This document shows positions 25,460 to 39,462 of a stretch of DNA of 64,000 bases, piece by piece. The stretch is taken from assembly GCA_001600815.1 (NCBI GenBank), contig BCKZ01000030.1:93918-157917 (forward strand), written 5' to 3'. Origin of the DNA: Alloascoidea hylecoeti (Eukaryota). Position 1 is the stretch's first letter. Each line of letters opens with the position of its first letter. Made by a program: the position numbers and the translations under genes. The notes under the pieces were generated by a model, which worked only from the letters and a program-made list of their open reading frames with translations, did no database searches and was not told the origin of the DNA.

Positions 25460-25852
25460 CCTCATCTTCAGATTCCTCCGATAGATTCAATGAAGCAATA
25501 TCTTCTACTTCTTTCTACAAATGATGATAATTCCGATTCGCCAATAGTTTTGTCTCCTTAAATAAGATTTTATAATATCTTGTGTGTGTTATTATCTTCA
25601 GTTCGTTTTCAACCACCCTTTATACATTCTCTACTAAGATAGACTCTTTAAACAGTTTTGGTGTGATAGTTGGGAGTTTATCGCTTTTACTAATTAAGGG
25701 GAAAACGAGCTCAAGATTAATAACAACAAGCTTGACTATATTATTAAACTTTTTCTAAAGCTGGCAAATATTGAATTTATCATCATTTGTAAAGAAATAA
25801 GAAGTAGAAGATTTTATTCCATTGAATCTATAAGAGGAATCCGAACATGAGG
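25460..25852. repeat. Diverged inverted repeat: arms ~25460-25610 and ~25701-25852
   Basis: cctcatcttcagattcctccgatagattcaatgaagcaatatcttctacttct...acaaatgatgataa pairs with ttatcatcatttgt...agaagtagaagattttattccattgaatctataagaggaatccgaacatgagg. The inner block gttattatcttcagttcgttttc pairs with gaaaacgagctcaagattaataac. Confidence 0.88.
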
Positions 25853-26437
25853 GCACTAATAAGGTAAAGGATAAATTCGAATGCTAAAAGATGTCCATAA
25901 AAAATGCTGCAGGTACTAATTATTAGTGATATGATATGCCAGCAAGAATCCTAATTCTCAATAAACTGTGGTGACTATAGTGCACTTTTCAACCATAACT
26001 CTGATGACTGTAACCAAGAAAAAAACCACTTTGAATCCATTCACTCATTACATAGATGGCTATGGTGTTGAAACCAACTACAGTTTCAATTTTATTAAAA
26101 GTAAATAGCAAATATTAGAGCCTAATTATTAAAAGAATGTAAAATTTAATGTTTTTTATCACACAGCCATTATACTTGACATTGTTGACGATAAGAGGAT
26201 TATAGTAAAAGAACACGCAATTACCACTCTGTATAATATACAATCAAAGATTTCTCTTGTATATACCAAAACTTTATATGTTCAATTCTCTAATGAGAGT
26301 GTATTAATTGGTTAAGATAAGATCTTGCGATCTATTTTATGTAAACAGTATATCCCGTAAGTTTTGTATTCTTTCTCTCGGATTTGGCTATTTCGTTCCT
26401 AACTTTTGTACCTTTGATTAAATTGATCAAGCTGTAA

Positions 26438-26752
26438 AACAGACCTATTTAAAGTGAGAATCACGATAAATTGGCTTGGTGAGAAGAAAACAGAGGTGTT
26501 CGAGTGGTCTCCTTTTTCACCGCTTCTGAAGCCAATCGAGCAAAAACCTCCTCAAAAGAGTTCATCACAAGGCTGGGATTGTGATTATGAGCCTTCTACA
26601 CGGTGTAGAATGGAAGTAAAATCTCTTTTTTGAGACTCTTCCAAGAAGTTGGGTTGATATGGACAAGGATACCATTGATAAGTCGATCGTTTACACACGC
26701 CGTAGGGTGGCAGCCATTTATGACATTATGAGGGCCAACTTAAGATATCAGG
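26438..26752 (+). mobile_element. Tc1-type (DD34E) transposase C-terminal relic
   Basis: Manual translation gives ITINWLGEKKTEVFEWSPFSPLLKPIEQ (cf. WPxxSPDLNPIE). After a frameshift it reads LPRSWVDMDKDTIDKSIVYTRRRVAAIYDIMRANLRY (cf. AW..I....IDKL..SMPRR..AVI...G..TKY). Confidence 0.8.
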
Positions 26753-27142
26753 TTTAAAATATCATTTTATGTACTAATATAATTTATAGTATCTATGGAA
26801 CACCGTGCACTAAGTTACAAATAATTTAAGGTCTTTTAGAGTATTTAGTGTCCCCCTGGTCTTGATTGCTTTCTCTGGTTTGGCAGTTATCCCCAACTGT
26901 ACTAGTACGACATTATTGTATATTATATCTATATGTAGAAGCTTAAAGAAGATAAAGAAAAAATAGGACAGGAAAAGATCTTGTGTTTGATTCAATATTA
27001 GTGTTAATGTATTAGAAATCAAACTCTATTCCTCTCACACTGTCCAAATCGAATAAATCTTAAAAGAAGTTTCTAGCAAGCAATCGAGAGATTTTCTTCT
27101 CCATCATCCCATTCATTAATTATAACATTAGAATTTATTAAT

Positions 27143-28051
27143 ATGAGTGTAGAAAATTCACCAAATCAAGTCCAAGAGCTATCATCAAACAATGATGGTT
27201 CTAATCGTTCAGAGGGACTCCTATTTGAGACTCAACAATTTAGAGTTGAAGATGATGATCAGATAGAAATGGATTCAGAAAATAGTTTTGAAATAGACAT
27301 AGATTCAGACAATAGTTATGAAATGGACATGTCCTCAGACAATGGTGATGATATTGAACTTGTCGATATTAATTTAGAAATAAAAAAACTTCAAGATCAA
27401 TTCGACGCTCTCCAAGAATGCGCACGAAATATACTTATATCAGAAAAGTCAGGCCCAAAAATTAAGACTAGGGGCTATTTCACTTCACCCTTTCAAACTG
27501 GGTCACAAAATATAATAGAATCTCAACTTGGTGGATTTCGCGATCTAAACATAAGAGATAATATTTCTAGCGACAATTTACTCAATAAGGATGAGAAAAA
27601 CAATAGGAATCATACTCCACTTCAAAATGTTTATTTGGATCTACTAAAATTTCAAGATGAATTTACGGCTCTGGAGCAACGAGCACAACGTAAATTTGAA
27701 TCAGAAAGATCAAGACAAAGAATCAGGAATAGAGACGATTTAAATTCATCTTTACAAAATGGGTCACAGGGTCAATTACAATCACAAAACGTTGTAGACA
27801 TGATAGATATAAATTCTATTCCATTTTTCAGAAACGCTAACTATATATCCTTCGGTCCCAATAGATTATCAAATGAACCTTTACAGGAACCGTTACAATA
27901 TCTCAGTCATAAAAGATCAGACTCTAATGAAATTTACCGTGAGGAATTTGATTTACAAGTGCTTCGAATTCGGTTAAAGGCTATGGATGGAGCACTACAA
28001 TATCATCTGAAAGATCGACTCCCATTACAAACGGAAGTACGTGCAGTATAA
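27143..28051 (+). CDS. Orphan protein (302 aa) with internal ~55-aa duplication
   Basis: ATG-started ORF containing an acidic short repeat (EMDSENSF/EIDIDSDNSY/EMDMSSDNG) and two coiled-coil-like units. Confidence 0.65.
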   Translation: MSVENSPNQVQELSSNNDGSNRSEGLLFETQQFRVEDDDQIEMDSENSFEIDIDSDNSYEMDMSSDNGDDIELVDINLEIKKLQDQFDALQECARNILISEKSGPKIKTRGYFTSPFQTGSQNIIESQLGGFRDLNIRDNISSDNLLNKDEKNNRNHTPLQNVYLDLLKFQDEFTALEQRAQRKFESERSRQRIRNRDDLNSSLQNGSQGQLQSQNVVDMIDINSIPFFRNANYISFGPNRLSNEPLQEPLQYLSHKRSDSNEIYREEFDLQVLRIRLKAMDGALQYHLKDRLPLQTEVRAV

Positions 28052-31000
28052 AAAAAGGCTCGAATCATTAGGTAGAAATGAAGTGAGTAGAGAGCAGTAA
28101 TCTATTTGTATATAAATATACCGGTGAAGAAACTAGAGATTGTAAACCAGAGGTTATTCTTGATCATTGTATATACTAGTGTTACTTTTTTAACTTTGAT
28201 CGCATTTTCAAAATGTATTCTATCTATGTGGAGATAAACTGAATGATATTATAATGATAACGAGGGAAAATTCTCCCATAGATCTATATTAGTATAATCT
28301 TATACGTATCTAAATAGAAAACTGGTTTGAAAACACAGAATCATGATCAACAGACATGTCAGATATTGTAATCGATAAAATAATATTATTGATTCTCAAT
28401 ACTTTTCAATTGTATAATAAAGAAAAGAAAATATATGTGCATTGTGTACCATTTCCAACAATACTAATATTGTTAAAAGCAAGCTGTCATTTATTATAAT
28501 GTTATAACAATAGAGCTATAGATCTATATCGATCAAGTTAAGTTAAGTAATATAATTATAATAGATTGATTTGAATCAAATCTTCTCTAGTTGACATGAG
28601 ATTTAGCTATAGCTATGGCAACTTTGAAGTTACAAATTTGTGGCATTAGGACTTAATCATAATTATAAGTTGTATTTGTGATTTGTATGGATCTGTAAAT
28701 CGTATTGCACTATATAGATCTATAAATGTAGACTAATTAAACTGTTAATTTATTAAAAGAATCATATAAAGCCGTGATTAAATATATCTCCTAGCGCTAA
28801 AATTAATTAATATTCTTCTTTCTTCACTTAAAGCTTTGTAAATAGTGCTATAATTATTGCAATTATCGCTTTTAAATTGGTATCATGACCTTACAATTGC
28901 ATTGTTGAATTGGTTAAACACTTGAATAAAAATATTTTTATATTCTATGAAACAATGAAGTAATTTTATAAGAACTAAAAACTAAGGATTATCTATATCT
29001 ATTTATATCCTTAAGAGTTGGCCAACCATGAGAGCTCGAGAATTAAACAAATGATCACACAACTTCAAATTAATATAGCATCTCAACTAAATTATAAGCA
29101 CTACGATTGCAATAATATATATATATCGATATCAGTTACATATTCAAATTTAAATATATATATATATAATTCTCTTTCACCATACAATTATTGGAAATTA
29201 ACCTATAGCATTCGAATATATACGGAACTCGAGTAAGATGAGCATTATCATTAATTTTGATATTTGACTGTTTTCATCATTGAAATTGAAATATCACTCC
29301 CAACTTTAAGCTTAACTGGCTCCTTATTAACATTGAAAAATGTAAAGATAAGAATTATAATTTACCGCGGGATACCCACATTCTCACATGGGGTGAAAGC
29401 TTAAGATCTTGACAAAACCGAAATATTATATACCCCTGACTGGATCACCAGAATGAAAGCTAGATCAATTGCTTTCCTTCTTTTTTTATAAAACCGATGG
29501 GATAGAATTGCCGTCAATGGATTATATAATAAACTTGTGCCAATTCCACAACCAAAACCTAATGATAAAATGAGTTAATAGATTCTAATTCTAGTTAACC
29601 ATTAATGAAAAGAATAATTATAAGAATCAAAGACTCAGTAGTTAACCATAAATACAACACGTAAATACAAGAATTTACACTAACTTTTGAAGCTGTCTAA
29701 GATGGTAAATGACGGGTTTCAATGACTTTTGGAGCACTAACGTAGGTTAACGTTAACGTTACTGGGCTAAGTCAAAATATCGATTAAGCAGCAATTCCAC
29801 CTTCCGGAAATTCCATACCTTTAATTAAAAATCATTATAACGACCATCATTGGCCCATTATATCTACTGTTATATCTTCCGGATCATGTTCATCATGATG
29901 AATATTTTTTGAAAACCTTTAGAGAAGTACCTACATTAGACGTATCTGAGCTACAATGATCCAAATTTACGATTATGCAGCGGGTGTGATTCTTCCGGCG
30001 CCATTTGCCCTATGAACATGGTTACCGTTATCCGAAAAATATTATTCAAAACTGGCCCGGTATACGTACAGTCAAATATGTGGAATGACCGTCGGTTGCA
30101 ATCTAAAAAATAGTTGAAGATGTATAGTTAAACAAGAAGACTATAGTTTTAGCAGAAAGCAGGTAATTTTAACATAGAAGAAATAAAATTACAAACCGTT
30201 GATATGAACGATGTAAACTGAGAGTAAGAGACCTTCTTGAAGTCTGGATATTGAGCATTTATAACGGTTTCACTTCAACTAAAAAATTCCGAGGAAACGC
30301 CGAGTAGCCACGACAATGAATGTGTCGCAATTAATTATAATATATTTTGACTGAGCCGCCTGCATATCTCAACATCGCATAAAAGTTACCAATATTGCGC
30401 AAAACGACATTTAAACCAACCTTCGACTATTTCAGTGTATCTAAAATAGGGCTGGTAACAAGTGAAAACATCAACGTTCAATCGATATATGCAAAAGTGT
30501 AGTAATTTATTATGAGCAACTTATAATTATCACCTTAAGTCTGTAACACGCACAAAATGAAAATTCCCTTACAAATGATTTATTTTAATTATGAATATGT
30601 TGGGACTTCAATATTGTTCTGCATTCGTTTAAAGGGAAGAGACAGTGTATAATAAAATCATTTGTCCACTAAAATGTGACCATTTAATCAAATGTCTAAC
30701 AAATAACTGAATAATCCCCTTGATTAACTTTCTTTGCGGTCGTGGCAAAAAAATATTTAATCAAATTAAGTGTAAAAGACTCCTTTGAATTTATGTTAGT
30801 CATACAAACTAATAATTAATAATAATTATTTTTTAAAACTAATCATATATCTGTTCTTTTTTCTCTTTTCTTCTCTTTCCTTCTTTTTTCTTTCCATCAT
30901 ACTCTTAAATTACTTACTCTCTTTTCTTTCTCCTGGTGTTTAGCTTATGGGATTATTTCCCCGACAAACAAGACTAAAACAACTAATCCATTAATAACAC

Positions 31001-31485
31001 ACTTCCCTTTCGGACTTTTCAAGCATTAATTATCAACCTATATATTAATCATCATCAACCTCTTTTTTCCTATCTCGGCATCAGCTAAACACTCAGCATT
31101 TCCTTTAATAACTTAATATCTTTTAATCATTCTTACAGTATATATATTATATAAACAATATTAATCGCGGCTTATCACAACCTAAACGACTTAATCACTT
31201 ACAAATTACACAAAATATCAAATGGAAAATAACCAAAAATTCATATAAATCCAAACACGATATTTCCCACATTTTCTTACTCATTAATCCTTAATACTTA
31301 CACGCGAACAAGAAAATCACTATATATATTTATATATACATCCATAAACTTTTAAACTTTTTAAACGCTTTTATTTAATCTATTATCAAATAGTTAAATA
31401 TAATAATCTTTTTTTATTATCAAATTCTTAATACACAAACAATTAATTTTATACATATTTACAAACAAATATACACAATATAATA

Positions 31486-32439
31486 ATGCCCTTCAGTTCT
31501 CAACAATATTTAATTGAAACTGAAATTCTTGATTTAGTTGATTTACAGTCAGTATCTGATTTCAAATTAGATTCAGATATAATACACACAAACCCAAGTA
31601 TAATAATACATAACTCAGATGCAGATTTAGATGAATTTTTAAATAATGATTATAATTGTTCATGTCCAGATTTAGATTCTTCATATTCAGAATCAACATT
31701 TTCAGAAACATCATCAATACATACCATCAATTATAACTATAAACTTAATAATTTTGAACAAGAACAAGATTTAAAAGATATAATTGATGTTAAAGGTGAA
31801 GAATGGTTTATTGATAATATGTTAGGTAAATTTAATTCAGTTTCTGAATTAAGAGATATTGAAATTTATTATTTTCGAAAAATGGAATCATTAAAATTAA
31901 ATAATATGAATGAATTTGAATATGAATATGAAAACCCAGATGAAATTGAAGAATCAACTGATACAACAGCTTCATCATTACTTTCAGATGATATACTAAT
32001 TGAAAATCATATAATTGATCTATTAGATTTACAATCAGAACAATCATCAATAATTAGTTATAAATATAAAAAAAATGATAATTATATTAAAGATTTAGAT
32101 CAAGATTTAAATGATATTTTAGAATCAAAAGGTGAAGAATGGTTAATTAATAATATATCACAAAAAAAATCAAAATTTGAATTAAGAGATATTGAAATTT
32201 ATTATTTAGCTAAAATTGCAAGAGAAGAACAAGAATTAAATTATCTAGAATCAAAACTTGAAAATGATTTTGAAAAATTAGTTGAAAATGCAACAAAGGA
32301 AAAAGAAAAAGAAATTCATAATCATGTTAATTTTAAAGATCAAACAAGTTTAGAACCATCATCATTAAGTTCAACTATAACTAAATCTGCAATGGGGATA
32401 TTTTCAAATCAGATTGAACATTTCTTCAGACTTTTTTAA
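31486..32439 (+). CDS. Orphan acidic protein (317 aa) built from two copies of one domain
   Basis: LIETEILDLVDLQS...EQDLKDIIDVKGEEWFIDNM...ELRDIEIYYF recurs as LIENHIIDLLDLQS...DQDLNDILESKGEEWLINNI...ELRDIEIYYL. Confidence 0.75.
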   Translation: MPFSSQQYLIETEILDLVDLQSVSDFKLDSDIIHTNPSIIIHNSDADLDEFLNNDYNCSCPDLDSSYSESTFSETSSIHTINYNYKLNNFEQEQDLKDIIDVKGEEWFIDNMLGKFNSVSELRDIEIYYFRKMESLKLNNMNEFEYEYENPDEIEESTDTTASSLLSDDILIENHIIDLLDLQSEQSSIISYKYKKNDNYIKDLDQDLNDILESKGEEWLINNISQKKSKFELRDIEIYYLAKIAREEQELNYLESKLENDFEKLVENATKEKEKEIHNHVNFKDQTSLEPSSLSSTITKSAMGIFSNQIEHFFRLF

Positions 32440-33073
32440 TTATTTTCATTTTTAAAAGATTTTCTAAAAATTTCAAATATTTAAAATTATAATTACAAAA
32501 CCTTTTAAAAAAAATTTATTTTTTATTATTTATTTTATTTTATTCTTTTCAATTGTTTTTTTTTTTTCTTTTGTTGAATCGATAAGCTAAATTATAAGAT
32601 TATTATAATTAAGACATATATATATAAGATCAAGATCGATTTAAATGATGGGTTTTTTTTTTTCAATTCAATTATATTCTATTCTGTTTATATTATTATT
32701 AAATAAGTACTAGTACTATATCTAGTACTTAAGCTTGCAATTGCTAAAAACTATACGGTCATGATGAAAAAAACTTTTATTGTTTTTATTTTTATTTTTA
32801 TTTTTCTTTTTCTTTTTCTTTCTATATTTTCTATTCACTCATTTATTATATATTATTGAACGGGGTTATAAACATTTTTTTGTGATTAATATTAATTGTA
32901 ATAGTACCTGTATAATACATCCTAATAATTAATTGGCTGGAATACTTTAATTATAAAATTAAAAGTTATTTCAGTCTTTTTTTTTTTTTCTAATCTTTTT
33001 AAGTATAAAGAAAATAATAATTATTCAATGATAATAGGATAAAAGGAAACTTTTTTTACCCCATCTCCCATGC

Positions 33074-33081
33074 CCGGGTAA
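33074..33081 (+). promoter_or_regulatory. Reb1-like site upstream of ADK1
   Basis: CCGGGTAA, ~140 bp before the ATG. Confidence 0.5.
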
Positions 33082-33219
33082 TAAGCATGAGAAAACCTGC
33101 AATTTTTGAGTTTTTCCTTCTTTTTCCCCGTCAAACTTCAAATTTCAGTTGGAAAATTCCACATAAATATTCTTTAGTTGACAATTCTAATACTATTATT
33201 AATTTAAAGTAATTATAAA

Positions 33220-34207
<988 letters not shown>

Positions 34208-35137
34208 ATCAATATAACATTTTATAAATAATTATTTTATATGTTTTTATAATGACTCTGATGTGAGAAAAGTACTGATTTAAAGATTTATGATGAAGAT
34301 TCGCGTTTTGTCCTAAATGTTTTCTTTTTATCTTTTTATCTTTTTCACTCAATTTATATATATAGTGTATTAAGTTATAATTAGTGATTCTTTTCTGTAT
34401 TTTAACATAGAAATTAGAGTATGCATATAAATATTTACTTTCATACTTATCCCAAAATTCGTCGAACTCAATTGCTTTATTTTAGTGATTTTTAAACATT
34501 TTATTTTTATTTTTCATGTACAAATATACATACTACATACACTTAATTTAGGCCATATTGATGAATCATAATCACCCGCTGTATTAATTAAATTTTCGCC
34601 AATACTGTTCACTAAATGTCCGGCCATACTGTTACAAATTATTAGCTACCCCTTTCATTCTACACTATAAGCTTGTCTCATACACATATACAATACAATC
34701 ATAGTGTAGAGGAAATAATTTATGAAGGGGACGGATGCTGTTTATTTGTCATGGCTGAATATTTATCTAATTACAACCCATAGTTATGCATTTGTCATGT
34801 CAGAATAATTTGTCCTAAAGAATTGTTAAGAGCTTTCTTCATGGGAACTTCTGGATATTTTTCTGCAATTCTATTATTAATTTTTCTATTCGCAACAACA
34901 CTCCAAGAACTTTATCAATCTTGTTGTTAAGTTCTTCAATCTAATTCTAGTAATAATAATGTTGATTTTATCTTTGAACTCATTGAAAGATTAGATTTGA
35001 GGGACCAAACTTATTGTTATATTATCTGAAATTCTAAAATAAAATAATTTAACAAATATTTCTCTATTGCCTATTGCCTAATGCTCTAAGATTATTTTTT
35101 TTTTTTAAAGTTGTTCATGAATACTTTTCTAGATCTC

Positions 35138-35380
35138 TGAAGCAATATCAAATAGGGGTTTCTTCATGTCGGGGTTGAATAAAAAGTTTCGATTTTTTTT
35201 ATTGTTCCAACCTCTTCAATTGTAATTTGTAACCAAACTAATAGCAATACCTTCTCTAGCAAATGGACCACCAAAACCAATTTTTTAGATGTAGCTTAAT
35301 GTGTTTGTAAATCGAAATTAATAATAAGAGAAACTTGTAGAACATCAATTTCTCCAGAAAATAAATCTGTAGCGATTAGA
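35138..35380 (-). pseudogene. eIF4A (TIF1/2-like DEAD-box helicase) C-terminal pseudogene fragment
   Basis: Manual translation: LIATDLFSGEIDVLQVSLIINFDLQTH* / IGFGGPFAREGIAISLVTN / EEVGTIKKIETFYST. Compare eIF4A [25 protein letters not shown]...[34 protein letters not shown]. Confidence 0.88.
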
Positions 35381-36642
35381 CCATGCTTTTATATTTCTAT
35401 CAAACCCACAGGAACTTCTGGATCTTCCTCAACATTTAAATCTTTTTCGATTCTAGACAGGGCTTCCTTAATTTTATCATACTGGGTGTCTCATTTGTAG
35501 ATCATTTCTTTCCCTGACATTTTATGAACTTTTTTGTTATTAAAGTTTTATAAATAAAAGCAAGCAAACTAGATCATATAGATATATATTCCATGTAATC
35601 TGTTAACTCGGTTAACGTTTTGATGAAGTATAACAGGTAAAAGTATTGATAATCCTTCTTTTAGACTATCCCATCGGAATGTTATTAAGTTTTGATCATA
35701 TAAATGACTATAGCACAGCCTAGTAGTATCAATATATCTCGTATTGGGTCATACCTATGGAATCCGGGTACGTGTTTGGCTTCATTACAATTACATGGTT
35801 TACTAATAAATTGGCATTGTTGACTTTATAAATTTTAACTGAAGTTGAAGGTTGAAATAATGCAATTGAAATAACACTTCCTCTTTGCAAACCAATTGTG
35901 GATACCACGGGTAAATTTTATTACACAAACCATGGGATTGGACCATTTTGTGGTTGTTTTGGATCATTTTGAATCAATACTTCTGCTCTCACTTTCAAAA
36001 CTATTTATTCATTTTGATATATTACCAGCGCCGTGACTACGGTGTTCTTGGTAGTTATCTGAATTATCTGATTGTCTAACGCAGGTAATCCATTTTCAAT
36101 GTGGCTGATGTTTTTGTTTAGCGGAGGGTTGCTTCGAATTTTTTAGAATTCACAATTGATTTGAAAAACATCGGTAACTGATTTTTTCAAACTGAAATAA
36201 AATCAGCTTTTTCCATAGTTATATGATATTTATTATGGTATTGATTATTTACGATAATAAAGAAAAGGGGCTCATATGAAAAAAATCCTACCTTTTTTAA
36301 AGTTATTTTCACAAATAACATATGCATATGCATATGCACTTCTATAGCATTAATGATATGTGTTATGTTCAGTATGGAGAATTGATTGTTAAGCATTAAT
36401 ATTTTCTCTGGATAATTAGTAATTCCAAATTAGTTCTTCGTAGCGGATATTAAGTAGCGATAAAGATCAAACACGACAGTATATCATATTAGCTAAATTC
36501 TACTAAGTAGTGTAAAAACTTTGTAGTTCTTCATCTAATGAATCTACGTATATAGATATGGAATTACACTGAAAGATATAAAATGAAATCGTAACTTGAA
36601 ACTTATACTAAATACATATAGAAAACTTACAAAATTTTTTAT

Positions 36643-37039
36643 TCAGACCTTTTTCTCTTTTTTAACACTAACATTATCATCATTTTCTTCTTCAATCTCT
36701 TCAGCTTTTCGTTTTGCACTTGCTATAATATCAGATAAATTATAAGAATTAATATTAAGTAATTGATTTTCATTATTGTTACTATTACTTGTTTCAATTG
36801 TTTTTGATTCTGATATCTTGGGTTTAAATACTGCATTATTTAAAATATTTTTAATTGCTGTTGTATCAATAAGATTATTTTCATTTCCATTTTCATTTTC
36901 ATTTTTAATATTAATATTATTATTAGTAGTAGTAGTTTCATCATTACTATAATCTTTTAAATTCTCATCATTTTCACCATTTTCATTTTCTTTATCATTA
37001 TTAATAACGTTATCATTACTATTACTACTACTAATATTT

Positions 37040-37088
<49 letters not shown>

Positions 37089-39023
37089 TATTAATTTTAT
37101 TAATTTTATTAATACTACTACTATCATTCTTTAGAGTATCATAATAACAAGAAGCATGATAAATTTTACCATTTGTATTAACAGCATTAGCCCAAACCCA
37201 ATCATCATAATCAAGATTCCAATTAGCAACGATTTTTTCTTTACATATTGAACATGTTTTTGTAAGACTTTTTGCATTTTTTGGTAAAATAACAATTTTA
37301 TTTGAATAATCTATTGTTGTTGATGATGATGAATTGTTATTATTAATTTGACCCATTGGTGCAATTCCATTTATCATATTCATCATATTATTATCAATAT
37401 TGTTATCATTTTTATTATTGTTATTTGATTTATTATTATTATTAACAGTATTGTTATTTGAATCATTATTATCACCAGTGATTCCTAAAACCTCAAAATC
37501 ACGAAAAGAAATCCAATTCTCTTCATCAAGATACCAGTTTTTAGATTGAATAATATTTTCATTTCGAATTCTTTTATTAACTCTAAAATGCCAATCTAAA
37601 TGATTTTTCTTTTCCAATGATCCAGAATTACTATCTTTAAATCTTTTACCGCATGTACTACATTTATTTGGCATATCATCATATAATAAATGAATAAATT
37701 CAGAAGTTAATTTTTCAGTGTTGGTTAAAAGTAATGAATCTTGAGTTAGGTTTGTTTTCATTATTGCTGAAATCGGCATATTATCATTATTAGTATTATT
37801 TAAGAGGAATTGAGGATTTGATTTCATAATATTTTCTAAAAACATGCTGTTGTTATTGTCATTGATATTCATATTGTTTGGGATTGTAGGTGAGTTAACA
37901 AAACCTTGATTTTGTAAAGAGGAAAATAAAGATGCAAATTGATTATTCTGAACAGGAGGTTGTGGAATTTGTTGTTGTGGAATATTAGCATTTTGTTGAA
38001 ATGCTGGCAAGTTCTGTAAAAGAAGTGCAAGATTATTATTATTCATAAAAGGTTGTAAAGATTGTTGTTGCTGTTGTTGATAAGGTTGTTGATTCATATT
38101 CAATACACCACCAAATATATTTCCATGATTTAATGGAACTGGATTAGGATTAGGAGGTACTAATGAAGGTATGAAATTTTGTAATATTGCTTGTGCATTT
38201 CCAGCCATTTGTGAAGGATTTCTAACTTGTTTTTCTTTTAATTTATCCATTTCGGTTTTGGCCATTTGTTTAATTGCATCGTGAACAATTGGAACTTGAA
38301 TATCTGGGAAATTTGGTTTAACTATTTCTCTTCTTAAATTCTTTAAAGCTTCGAAATGTTCTCTAGTTGAATCATCGGGAGTGATTCTTAGTAAAGATTT
38401 GAAGATATTTGCCAAGTTATCAATATCATCTAAAAGAGATGTTTTTTGACCAGAAACATTATCAGGAGCAATTTGTTGTTGTTGTTGTCTACCTTGTGTT
38501 GTTGCAGTTTTTGCTTTAATTAAAAAGTTTTCAATATTTCTTAAAGCATCATTTGAAAACAATGATTTTTTATTTATTCCCACTTTCCAAGTTTGAAACA
38601 ACTTTGAAAATTCCTTTCTTACATTTTCATTAACAAGACGATAAGAATCAACAAAAAGTTTGAATAAATTCCGGCTAAATAAAGTATTATAAGGATCACC
38701 AATGTTTTTGCAAATACTGTCAAGGACATAAAATCCAAATAATTTATGTTCAGGAACGCACTAAAATAAAAAAATAAAATATAAAATATATAACTACATT
38801 AGTAAAGAAAACTATATATATATTTCATTTTCAATAATTCGATGTTTCTGCTTACCTTTGTTATTCTCATTTCAACAGCTCTGACAATAGCTTCAGCATA
38901 TTTAACTTCAGTCTCCTGTGCTACCATCGTTAAAGTTGCTATCAAAGGCCTTGAATTAAACGTGAGATCTCCAAGGGATTCATAATAATCTTGTTGTAAT
39001 TCTTGAAAAGTATCCTGACTCAT
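36643..39023 (-). CDS. PCF11: mRNA 3'-end processing factor Pcf11; exons 39023-38856, 38760-36643
   Basis: CID: DYYESLGDLTFNSRPLIATLT...ITK|CVPEHKLFGFYVLDSICKNIG. Zinc fingers CSTCGKRF..HLDWHFRVNKR and CSICKE..WVWANAV..YHASC. Intron is GTAAGC..TAG. Confidence 0.95.
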
Positions 39024-39462
39024 TTTTTAAATATTTATTATCTTTTTTTATATTCTTATCGATTGCTCTTTTCTTTCTTGGATCAACTAAATAAATACAA
39101 AAATGGAATGCAATTATGACAAATAATAAGAATTTATTCGTTTATTATTACGTTTGAAAAACTTCTATTATGGTCAATTGTTATTAAATAATATATAAAG
39201 ATTTTGATTTTGATTTTCAGATCGATTCAGATATTTTGATATTTGTTGTTAATGACATAAAAAAAAAGAAAAAGAAAAGAAGAGAACACAAAAAGAAAAA
39301 CAGGCCTTTTTAATTTAAAACCCCAAACAACACGACATTTATGCAGAATGCGGATCTTGAAAAATTTCAGACTTTTTCTGTTTGTGTCAATCAGTCATAA
39401 ATAAACAAATTATCATAAAAAAAGATAAACATTTTATAAATATTTTATAAAAATTATAAATA

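Noticed and set aside
36780..37480. Long AAT trinucleotide runs
   Set aside because: These are poly-Asn tracts within PCF11, common in AT-rich yeasts.
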